Source: a virus (taxonomy: Duplodnaviria > Heunggongvirae > Uroviricota > Caudoviricetes). From it: DNA of 46,405 bases. Positions within the stretch are counted from its first letter, which is position 1. Every line of letters starts with the position of its first letter. The stretch is from the IMG/VR virus record IMGVR_UViG_2687453454_000004; one strand, 5' to 3'. The translations under genes and the position numbers were made by a program. Below the pieces are notes generated by a model. It had not been told where the DNA came from, did not search any database, and saw only the letters and a program-made list of their open reading frames with translations. Of the stretch, positions 1 through 8,400 are shown in pieces.

Positions 1-165
1 AAGAAATAGGGCTTCCACCTGGGAAGCCCTTTCTTTTTATAGTTCGGCTGTATGTAGGGTACAGCACGATGAATCTGTTAGAGGCGCAATAGTGACAGAT
101 TTGATTATCAATTCCTATTTTGTTCTAAGGATAAAACCTTAGGTTGTGATCATCCGCACAATCCC

Positions 166-408
166 TTAGTAACGCCAGCGGTCATAACGCTGATATTTCG
201 GCACTTTTGGTGCTTTAATCGCCTTAATAACCCACACCACCGCAATCGCCAGTAGTAACCACGGCAGCAACTTAATCATCAATGCCAGCATACCGCCGAG
301 GAACATAATGGCCGTCGCCACAACCAGCGCGGCGATAATGCCCAGCAACGAAACGCCGGTGACCATCAGCATGACAAAAAAGCCAATCACAAAAAGTAGT
401 TCCAGCAT
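166..408 (-). CDS. pspG: Phage shock protein G (host)
   Basis: 80-aa product from ATG at 406-408 (MLELLFVIGFF...KYQRYDRWRY), small membrane protein matching PspG from memory; the 150-aa ORF-track version is an in-frame upstream extension. Confidence 0.8.
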   Translation of the reverse strand: MLELLFVIGFFVMLMVTGVSLLGIIAALVVATAIMFLGGMLALMIKLLPWLLLAIAVVWVIKAIKAPKVPKYQRYDRWRY

Positions 409-541
409 GATGCTCTCCCAAATATGAAATCTCTTGCTGGCATTACAAGAATCATGCCAAAAATAATCTATTGATTTAACAGCAAAACGCCCCGCGACGG
501 TGCGCAGGGCGTGGTGAATTTGACTACTTTTTGGTGAAAAG

Positions 542-1579
542 TTAACGCTTATCCGCCACCAGTTTGAGCGCGTGTTCCAGCACATTAATGTCTGCACCCG
601 CTTTATGGGCATTTTCACTTAAATAACGCCGCCACTGCCGCGCGCCAGGAATACCCTGGAACAAGCCCAACATATGCCGGGTAATATGGCCGAGATACGT
701 CCCCTGGCTGAGTTCACGCTCAATGTACGGATACATGGCGCGCACTACCGCCACCGGATCGGCATCGGTATCCGAGGAACCAAAGATCTCCCGGTCTACC
801 GCCGCCAGAATACCCGGATTCTGATACGCCTCGCGCCCGACCATCACGCCATCCATATGTTGCAGGTGTGCTTTGGCCTCTTCCAGCGACTTGATACCAC
901 CGTTAATCGACATTGTCAGATGCGGAAAGTCACGCTTCAGTTGATACACACGCGGATAATCGAGCGGCGGGATTTCACGGTTTTCTTTCGGGCTTAACCC
1001 CGAAAGCCAGGCTTTACGTGCGTGGATGATGAACATCTCACACTCGCCTTTGCCGGAAACGGTATTGATGAAATCGCAGAGAAATTCATAGCTGTCCTGG
1101 TCGTCGATGCCAATACGCGTTTTCACCGTCACCGGAATCGACACCACATCGCGCATCGCTTTCACGCAGTCGGCAACCAGCTGCGCATTACCCATCAGAC
1201 ACGCACCAAACATGCCGTTCTGCACCCGGTCAGACGGGCAGCCGACATTCAGGTTGATCTCATCATATCCGCGCGCTTCTGCCAGCTTTGCACACTGCGC
1301 CAGCGCCGCCGGATCGCTACCGCCCAGTTGCAACGCTACCGGATGTTCTTCTTCACTGTACGCCAGATAATCACCTTTACCGTGAATAATCGCCCCTGTG
1401 GTCACCATTTCGGTATACAGCAACGTATTGCGGGAAAGCAGACGCAAGAAATAGCGGCAATGTCTGTCCGTCCAGTCGAGCATAGGAGCAATACTAAACC
1501 GAGAACTCCAGTAAGCGCCAGTTTTTTCAGGCATCACGCTGGTTTGATTAGTTTTCTGTGTTTCAGGATTATCGTGCAT
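542..1579 (-). CDS. dusA: tRNA-dihydrouridine synthase A; 5' end supplied by the prophage
   Basis: 345-aa ORF with TIM-barrel Dus signature (NLNVGCP...GGI); start codon at 1577-1579; first ~35 codons are about 80% identical to a displaced copy at 45232-45335. Confidence 0.9.
   Translation of the reverse strand: MHDNPETQKTNQTSVMPEKTGAYWSSRFSIAPMLDWTDRHCRYFLRLLSRNTLLYTEMVTTGAIIHGKGDYLAYSEEEHPVALQLGGSDPAALAQCAKLAEARGYDEINLNVGCPSDRVQNGMFGACLMGNAQLVADCVKAMRDVVSIPVTVKTRIGIDDQDSYEFLCDFINTVSGKGECEMFIIHARKAWLSGLSPKENREIPPLDYPRVYQLKRDFPHLTMSINGGIKSLEEAKAHLQHMDGVMVGREAYQNPGILAAVDREIFGSSDTDADPVAVVRAMYPYIERELSQGTYLGHITRHMLGLFQGIPGARQWRRYLSENAHKAGADINVLEHALKLVADKR
1476..1579. other. attL region (dusA 5' end, phage-derived replacement segment containing the crossover)
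   Basis: Homologous to 45232-45335; longest identical block cagttttttcaggcat (1519-1534 vs 45275-45290); exact crossover point not resolvable by eye. Confidence 0.5.
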
Positions 1580-1612
1580 TTTTGAACATTTCAGGCTATT
1601 TTTCTCGCGTTA

Positions 1613-1647
1613 GGTTCCCGCACAGGTTCCCACGCTTTATGGGAACC
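1613..1647. repeat. Candidate integrase arm-type sites (AGGTTCCC x2 direct plus GGGAACC inverted)
   Basis: ggttccc at 1613-1619 and 1625-1631, gggaacc at 1641-1647, between the dusA start and int; related motifs at 45169-45188 on the other prophage end. Confidence 0.4.
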
Positions 1648-1667
1648 CGAAATAACGAGGTCGTGTA

Positions 1668-2765
1668 ATGGCGTACTATAACATAGAGAAACGACTAAAA
1701 TCCGATGGCACACCACGCTATCGCTGTAATGTGATTATCAAAGAAAAAGGTGTTATCACTTACAGGGAAAGCAAAACATTCCCTAAACATGCTCATGCCA
1801 AAACATGGGGCGCACAGAAAGTGATGGAATTAGATCTATATGGCATTCCATCATCAAATGCTGTTGACGGACTTACAGTCCGTGACTTACTACACAAATA
1901 TTTAAATGACCCAAATGCCGGAGGTAAAGCAGGCCGTACTAAAAGATATGTGCTGGAACTGCTTATGGATAGTGACATCTCCGCGATCAAACTATCTGAA
2001 CTGACAGAAAATGACGTAATTGAACATTGCAGGCTAAGAAACAACGCTGGTGCAGGCCCAGCAACAGTCAGCCACGATGTTAGTTATCTTGGCAGTGTTC
2101 TGGATGCGGCAAAACCTGTATACGGAATCAATTACACATCAAACCCGGCGAAAAGCGCTCGTCCATATCTACTTAAACTCGGTTTGATTGGTAAATCAAA
2201 CCGTCGTAATCGTAGACCAGCATCTGATGAACTGAACATGCTCATTGAAGGCCTTCAACAACGATCTACTCATAAATGCTCAAAAATTCCGTTCGTTGAT
2301 ATCCTCAAATTTTCTGTGTGGTCCTGTATGCGAATCGGAGAAGTATGCCGGTTACGATGGGAAGATCTCGACCAGGAACAAAAATCTATACTAGTAAGAG
2401 ACAGGAAAGATCCACGTAAAAAGGAAGGCAACCATATGAAAGTTGCCTTGCTTGGGGAAGCCTGGGATATCGTCCAGCGACAACCCAAAAAATCAGAATT
2501 CATTTTTCCATATAACAGCACTTCTGTTACCGCAGGATTTCAGAGGGTAAGAAGCAAATTAGGTATTAAAGATCTGAGATACCATGATTTGCGTAGAGAA
2601 GGGGCAAGTCGCTTATTTGAGGCTGGTTTTAGTATTGAGGAAGTCGCTCAGGTTACAGGGCATCGTTCATTAAACGTGCTATGGCAGGTATATACCGAAC
2701 TGTATCCGAAATCTTTACATAATCGTTTTGAAGAACTCCAAAGGAGCAGAAATAAGACCTCTTGA
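1668..2765 (+). CDS. int: Tyrosine recombinase / phage integrase (dusA-targeting type)
   Basis: 365 aa; ATG with GAGG RBS; C-terminal catalytic motifs (MRIGEVCRLRWEDL, HDLRREGASRL, VTGHRSLNVLWQVYT); adjacent to and divergent from the dusA 5' end. Confidence 0.9.
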   Translation: MAYYNIEKRLKSDGTPRYRCNVIIKEKGVITYRESKTFPKHAHAKTWGAQKVMELDLYGIPSSNAVDGLTVRDLLHKYLNDPNAGGKAGRTKRYVLELLMDSDISAIKLSELTENDVIEHCRLRNNAGAGPATVSHDVSYLGSVLDAAKPVYGINYTSNPAKSARPYLLKLGLIGKSNRRNRRPASDELNMLIEGLQQRSTHKCSKIPFVDILKFSVWSCMRIGEVCRLRWEDLDQEQKSILVRDRKDPRKKEGNHMKVALLGEAWDIVQRQPKKSEFIFPYNSTSVTAGFQRVRSKLGIKDLRYHDLRREGASRLFEAGFSIEEVAQVTGHRSLNVLWQVYTELYPKSLHNRFEELQRSRNKTS

Positions 2766-2793
2766 CACTGTTTATCCATACAGTTAAAAATAA

Positions 2794-2813
2794 TACTGTA
2801 TACAAATACAGTG
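2794..2813 (+). promoter_or_regulatory. LexA (SOS) box upstream of the dinI-like gene
   Basis: tACTGTatacaaatACAGtg fits CTGT-N8-ACAG consensus exactly; 13 bp upstream of the ATG at 2826. Confidence 0.65.
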
Positions 2814-2825
2814 TAGGGGACTTTT

Positions 2826-3074
2826 ATGCGTATTGAAATCTGCATAGCCAAAGAAAAAATGACTAAAATGCCAACCGGTGCTGTGGATGCGTTAAAGGAA
2901 GAATTAACCCGACGCATCAGTAAACGTTATGACGATGTAGAAGTGATCGTAAAAGCCACCAGCAACGATGGCCTTTCTGTTACGCGCACCGCTGATAAAG
3001 ATTCAGCTAAAACTTTTGTTCAGGAGACTCTGAAAGATACCTGGGAGTCTGCTGACGAGTGGTTTGTTCATTAA
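2826..3074 (+). CDS. DinI-family DNA damage-inducible protein (prophage copy)
   Basis: 82 aa, MRIEICIAK...[11 protein letters not shown] resembles DinI/MsgA family; AGGGGA RBS; preceded by LexA box. Confidence 0.75.
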   Translation: MRIEICIAKEKMTKMPTGAVDALKEELTRRISKRYDDVEVIVKATSNDGLSVTRTADKDSAKTFVQETLKDTWESADEWFVH

Positions 3075-3105
3075 GTTCATCATCTCTGGACACCATTCAC
3101 TTGTA

Positions 3106-3135
3106 TTGACTTTAAGATCATTAAATTGTAATAAT
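3106..3135 (+). promoter_or_regulatory. Putative sigma70 promoter for the RT module
   Basis: TTGACT (3106-3111), 17-bp spacer, TG-extended TAATAA (3129-3134); predicted start about 3142, just before the structured leader. Confidence 0.35.
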
Positions 3136-3140
3136 TCAAA

Positions 3141-3275
3141 GGGATGGGGCAGGTTTTTCCTCTTGCGCATGCAAGGGCGGCTCTGATAATGAACAGTAAT
3201 ATTTTACTGTTGAGCTTATGCTCACTGATCCTGCCGGGCAGGATGTTCAACGGTTCCAATATATCCTGCCCCTTC
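3141..3275 (+). ncRNA. Candidate structured leader / ncRNA of the RT module
   Basis: 8-bp inverted repeats ggggcagg (3146-3153) and cctgcccc (3265-3272) flank about 110 nt containing four hairpins (3162-3175, 3193-3210, 3212-3223, perfect 17-bp palindrome 3228-3244); no ORF. Confidence 0.25.
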
Positions 3276-3296
3276 CGCTTTTAAAAAGGATCTTTT

Positions 3297-3848
3297 ATGC
3301 ATGACAATATTTGGTTTACATATAAAGCACGTATCCAAGCGCACCATCGACTAGAATGGCTTGAAAAACACTCTCAATTTATCCTCGTTTGGTATGCTAT
3401 ATTGAGTGCGGTACTTTCAATTGTAACGTTGCGATTTCCAAAGGTTCTAGGAGATAATACAGATGTCGTTGCGGCGATACTTTCAGTGGCTCTACTGGGT
3501 ATTTCTCTGATCGTATCTAACCTAGATTTTCGTGGTCGAGCAATAGCCATGAGAAGGAATTATATTGCACTACAGCGACTCTATTTTGACATTACCACCA
3601 GTCAACAGTTATCTCTTGAACAGAAAGAAAAATATTTTAATTTGCTCAATGAGGTTGAGAATCACCGTGACATAGATGATAAAATTTCAAGGGTAACTCA
3701 AGTTGGACTTAAGACGAGGATCCCCACACAAAAAGAAAAAATAATTGTTATTTTATGGATATTACTTCGAATATTTATTACTGCCGCACTTTATATACTC
3801 CCATTAATATATCTTTGGATTGACTATGACTGCAAGCAGAATTTTTAA
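3297..3848 (+). CDS. Multi-pass membrane protein, SLATT-like putative pore-forming effector
   Basis: 183 aa; AAGGA RBS; hydrophobic helices at about residues 27-46, 57-76 and 150-176 with a soluble middle segment; 3' end overlaps the RT start; AT-rich; SLATT assignment is an inference. Confidence 0.6.
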   Translation: MHDNIWFTYKARIQAHHRLEWLEKHSQFILVWYAILSAVLSIVTLRFPKVLGDNTDVVAAILSVALLGISLIVSNLDFRGRAIAMRRNYIALQRLYFDITTSQQLSLEQKEKYFNLLNEVENHRDIDDKISRVTQVGLKTRIPTQKEKIIVILWILLRIFITAALYILPLIYLWIDYDCKQNF

Positions 3849-5196
3849 AAAGTCATTCTCGAAAAAAAATCTTCTAAAAGTATACTCTGAAAAAATCAAA
3901 GAATCAGGAGCGATTGGCATAGATCGGATTCGCCCATCAAAACTTGATTTGACAATAAAAAATGAGATCACTTTCATTTTTGAAAAGGTTAATTCTGGCA
4001 ATTACAAATTTACAGCATATAAAGAAAAATTAATATCTAAAGGCGCTAACTCTACACCCAGACAGATTTCCATACCAACTGCTAGGGACAGAATTACTCT
4101 TAGAGCTCTCTGTGAATGCCTTACGGAAATATATCCTAAGTCCAGATTAAAACTACCACATACAGTAATTGACTCATTGAAAGAAGCATTAAACAACAGT
4201 CTATATGCTGAATATGCAAAAATAGATCTTAAAAGTTTCTATCCTTCAATTGAACATAAATTGATAATTAATGCAATAAAAAATAAAATTAGAAAAAAAG
4301 AAATTAGACAGTTAATAACATCATCATTAATCGTGCCTACTGTAAGTGGAACCACAGGAAGCAAAGGTATCCCTAATAATACCAGAGGAGTACCTCAGGG
4401 ATTAGCGATATCAAACATTTTAGCTGAAATATCACTATCTAATTTCGATGATGAAATCAATAAAATGCATGACATATGGTACATGCGATACGTTGATGAC
4501 ATTCTTATTTTAACACCAAAATATCAAGCAACAAAAATAGCTTCTCATATCATTGATAAGCTTCAATCATTAAATTTAAACCCACATCCATTAAATGAAG
4601 AGAACTCAAAATCCAAAGTAGGCAGCTTGGATGAAAGTTTCAACTTTTTGGGCTACCACATAAAAAATCGAGAATTATTGATAAAACATGAGAGCATTCT
4701 TAGATTTGAGTCATCCTTAGCAAAAATTTTTACTGCATATAGACACGCTCTACTACAAGCTAAAAATAAGCGCGATAAAGAACGAGCTGTTGCATATTGT
4801 CAGTGGAAACTAAATCTTAGAATTACGGGATGTGTGTTTGAAGGTAAACGATTGGGATGGGTATCGTACTTCTCACAAATAACGTCAACAGCTCAACTTC
4901 GAGCTGTTAATCATACGATCAATAATCTTATCCGCCGATTCGGCCTTTCATCAGAAATAAAACCAAAGTCTTTGATTAAAACTTTCTATGAACTCCGCAG
5001 GGGTAGAGCGGAGACTTTTAAATACATACCTAACTTTGACAATCTACATATATCTCAGAAACGAGAAATTGTTTCTATGTGGATAGGGAAAGAGAATGAA
5101 AAAAAACTTAGCAATAGTGAAATAGAGAGAAAATTTAAATTTAAAATTGCGAAATCAGTAAAAGAGCTTGAAGAGGACATTTCAGGGATATCATAG
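3820..5196 (+). CDS. Reverse transcriptase (unclassified: retron-like or UG/Abi-like)
   Basis: 458 aa (ORF track starts at TTG 3820; first ATG at 3826); RT motifs RQISIPTARDR, KIDLKSFYPSI, GVPQGLAISNILAEISL, YMRYVDDILIL (YVDD), FNFLGYHI; about 150-aa C-terminal extension. Confidence 0.9.
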   Translation: MTMTASRIFKKSFSKKNLLKVYSEKIKESGAIGIDRIRPSKLDLTIKNEITFIFEKVNSGNYKFTAYKEKLISKGANSTPRQISIPTARDRITLRALCECLTEIYPKSRLKLPHTVIDSLKEALNNSLYAEYAKIDLKSFYPSIEHKLIINAIKNKIRKKEIRQLITSSLIVPTVSGTTGSKGIPNNTRGVPQGLAISNILAEISLSNFDDEINKMHDIWYMRYVDDILILTPKYQATKIASHIIDKLQSLNLNPHPLNEENSKSKVGSLDESFNFLGYHIKNRELLIKHESILRFESSLAKIFTAYRHALLQAKNKRDKERAVAYCQWKLNLRITGCVFEGKRLGWVSYFSQITSTAQLRAVNHTINNLIRRFGLSSEIKPKSLIKTFYELRRGRAETFKYIPNFDNLHISQKREIVSMWIGKENEKKLSNSEIERKFKFKIAKSVKELEEDISGIS

Positions 5197-5308
5197 ATAT
5201 GTAATCCATTAAATCCTTTATATATAAAGCAATAAACACACTATTTAAATTCACAAATCAGCCGCAGTATCCTGCCATGACAAGTTGCTGCGGCATATCA
5301 CAAAACGA

Positions 5309-5491
5309 TTACTCCATAACAGGGACCGCAGGCCACTCAATATCAGGTGCAGTTGATGTATCAACACGGTTCAGCAACACCCGATACTTTTTCCAGGCTT
5401 CCAGCAATGAGGTTTCTTCCTCCGTTGCGATCTCCAGCTCAACAACAGTCTGAACGTACCGGGAACAGCCTCCTTCAGAGCTTGAAGGATA
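5309..5491 (-). pseudogene. 3' remnant of a tail fibre assembly gene (tfa)
   Basis: Start-less frame encodes ...[42 protein letters not shown], matching the conserved Tfa C-terminus from memory; in frame directly after the stf stop codon. Confidence 0.65.
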
Positions 5492-8400
5492 TCAATGTTC
5501 GCTTCCTGTTAACTGCCGGACAAGTGCAACCAGTTCGCTTACCTGATTTTCCAGAGTGCTGATCCGGGTGTCTGCTGTTGCCAGATTTTGACGTAGCGTT
5601 GTGTTTTCCTCTTCCAGCGCGGTAACGCGATCATCTGTTTCACGGGCGACCTGGACAAGTAAACCAGTCACCGCCGCATAATCAACATTGAGGTAACGCG
5701 TTTCTTCGCGTAGCTCGTTGCCATCAATGGTCGGACCCTGCAATTCTTCACCGTAACGAGTAAACGATCCTACGGCTTCCGGTAGCGCCTCCATTACTTC
5801 CTGTGCAATAACGCCAGCATAAGGAAGGCCGTTTTCCTTGAGCGTGTAGGTGTACCCGTTCATTTTGCGGATTGCTTTCGTCGCGTCGCTGATAACGAGA
5901 ATATCGTCTTTAAGGTCGCGGTCTGATGACTGATTCAGCGTTGTGCAATTAATAGCGCCATTTACATCAAACAACTGGCCTGCTGGCGTTCTTTGCGCAT
6001 AAAACAGATACGCAGCAGACGTTCCAACCTCAAAAACGTTTTGTCGATCACTTGAACCCCATACACTGATGTTAAACGGTAGTTCTGCATTACCTGCGTT
6101 CTTTAAAACAAAACGATTGCCAGTCCCTGACTGTTTTCTAATTACTAAATCAGCAGTTGAGTTAACCTCATCTTTGTTGATGGTTAGCGCCTGTGCTGTA
6201 GCACCGTTGACAGTACCGCTTAGTAGTTGCACCGCGCCATCATCGCCATTTAACAGCACTTGAGCGCTGCTTCTGTGGTTTTTAAGGCACAACATTTTTC
6301 CCGTGTTTTCCGATGTACCTACTGACCACGCCGAATTGGTTCCAGTGCTATCAACACCGCGCACAGCACAATTCATACTACTGTAATCTGACGTACTCCC
6401 CAGCACATCAACACGCCCGCCGCCTAATTTTGATGGAGTCGTCGAGGTTAACGACCTGACGGTCACATCCTGATTCCATCCTGAAACAACATGCTCGCTC
6501 CATGCTGTCCAATTACCATTAGTAACAAAACGAACATGCACGCGTCCTTTGTCGCCGCTAATCAGCGTTTGCATGTTTATATAATCTGAATCACTAACCT
6601 TACGAATTGACTCTACACGAAGCAAAAAGTTGCCGCCTACGCCGTCAGGCTTATTGGTAATATTCGAACCGCCTCCGGCAGTTTTGCAGTGATAGTATTT
6701 AACTGAACCTTTATCCGTGAACTTAATGATAAGGTCATTAAGATCGATAGTCATGCCTTCAATGGCTTCCGGCTCGATAGGCCCAGACATACCTGCGTTA
6801 AATGTGGCAAGGTCAGAAAATGTTGTTTTGCCGCCTACCGTTACCCCGCTATCGAGTATTGCTTGTGTAATTACTTTGCTGTTTTTTGTGTGGTCAGAAT
6901 AACCACCAAAATACAAATCACCGTCACCGTATATGCCGAGATATTTTTGGTCAACGTCATCAACCTTAAACCCAATGGATAAATTTTTAATTGTGTTGTT
7001 GCGCGTTAAAACCAGAGGAGTATGCTGAGATCCTTTTATGCTTACCGTAGTATCATCGGATCTAGTGCTTGTGTTTGCAAATTCTGCTTTTGCGCCTTTA
7101 GTTTTACCCGCTAATGTGAGATCACGGGCTTCAACCATCCCGTCGTGACGAACAATAAAATCACCACTTGATTGACCTTTTGCGTTTTTAGCCCTGATGT
7201 GAACTTCGCCAAGCGTATCAGTATTTGTAGGCGCAAAAATAACGCCGCGTTCCGACTGATCCTCATTTTGGAACCATACATGGGCGGTTCCACTTTTTGA
7301 ACGCAGGAATAGTGAAGGTGTTGCTTTAGTGATCGACAGATTACCTGACATAATGTCGCCGGATTTTTTCACCTGCGCATCGTTAGTTACGTTACCAAGT
7401 CCAACATCCGATTTCGACGGCTTGTATTTGGTTCCGTATAGCTCATTTATGTTAAAAGTACCATTGTTGAGTCTATTATCGTTACTAGAGTAAATCTTTA
7501 CTCTACCGCTTTCGTAATCGATATTAATAGCTGACCACGTATCGCCGCACCGCGAGAATATACCAGAACCGTGGCTGAAAATTGTTGATTCGCTACCTGT
7601 TGGTTTTCCTGACCTCCAGAAACACCCACCTTTCGCCCTTAGCTCTTGTAGTAGTTCCTTATCGGTCATTTTACCATCCAAAACAAGACCGCTACCGCCA
7701 AGACCAAAAGCGCCTATAAGCATAGCATTAGAAAGGCCCAAATCTGCTTTAGTCGGCTTGTTTACCTGGTCGTAAATCCTTACAACGTTGCCTTCAATAT
7801 ATCCAGAAGGCGCGGCGGTTTGCTTAACAAATCCGTCTGGAATGTATAATTCTGTGTTTAGTGTTGTCTGCGCCAGCACCGCAACCTTTGCGTCGTTAAT
7901 AAACGCACCCTGGAATGCCCAAACCTCAATAAAGCCGTCACCTTTAACCAGGCCGTAACGCATCTGGTTGTTATCGGTCAGCCCGGTTGACCCTAAGCGG
8001 CGTATACTCAGATGACGAGAAACATTATCCGCACTAAGCAAAGAAGGCAGACCGCGCGCCGAGATCTCGATAAAGTCAATGTTTCCGTAAGGGGAGCCGT
8101 AGTTACCAGCGTTAGTAACCATTAGCGTTACATGACTTCTGCTGGTTCCAGGATCGGAAAGTTTCGCGATCTTGATGTAAAGAGACTCACTAGCAGTAAC
8201 AACAGGCCAATCGTATTGCGTCATCGGGCTGACGAGTCCCCCGACCTTGTCGAGATATTCTTTCGCCTTGTTCTCTGACGCTTTAGCGTTGGTTTCGCTG
8301 ACCTTTGCTGCTGACTCACTATTTTTCGCGTTGGTTTCTGATTTTTTGGCTGCTGTCGCGGAGTTTGCCGATGCAGTTTGTGAGTCTGCTGCCGCCTGTG

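Noticed and set aside
166-618. 150-aa version of the pspG ORF
   Set aside because: Upstream extension overlaps the dusA 3' end and lacks an RBS; PspG is the C-terminal 80 aa starting at 408.
3820-5196. Calling the reverse transcriptase a canonical retron RT
   Set aside because: No clear NAxxH or VTG retron signatures were spotted and the leader stems are short; left as unclassified because the alternatives (UG/Abi, DRT, new family) cannot be separated without profile searches.
5347-5562. 71-aa plus-strand ORF with GTG start
   Set aside because: Antisense to the tfa remnant and the stf 3' end; no independent support.
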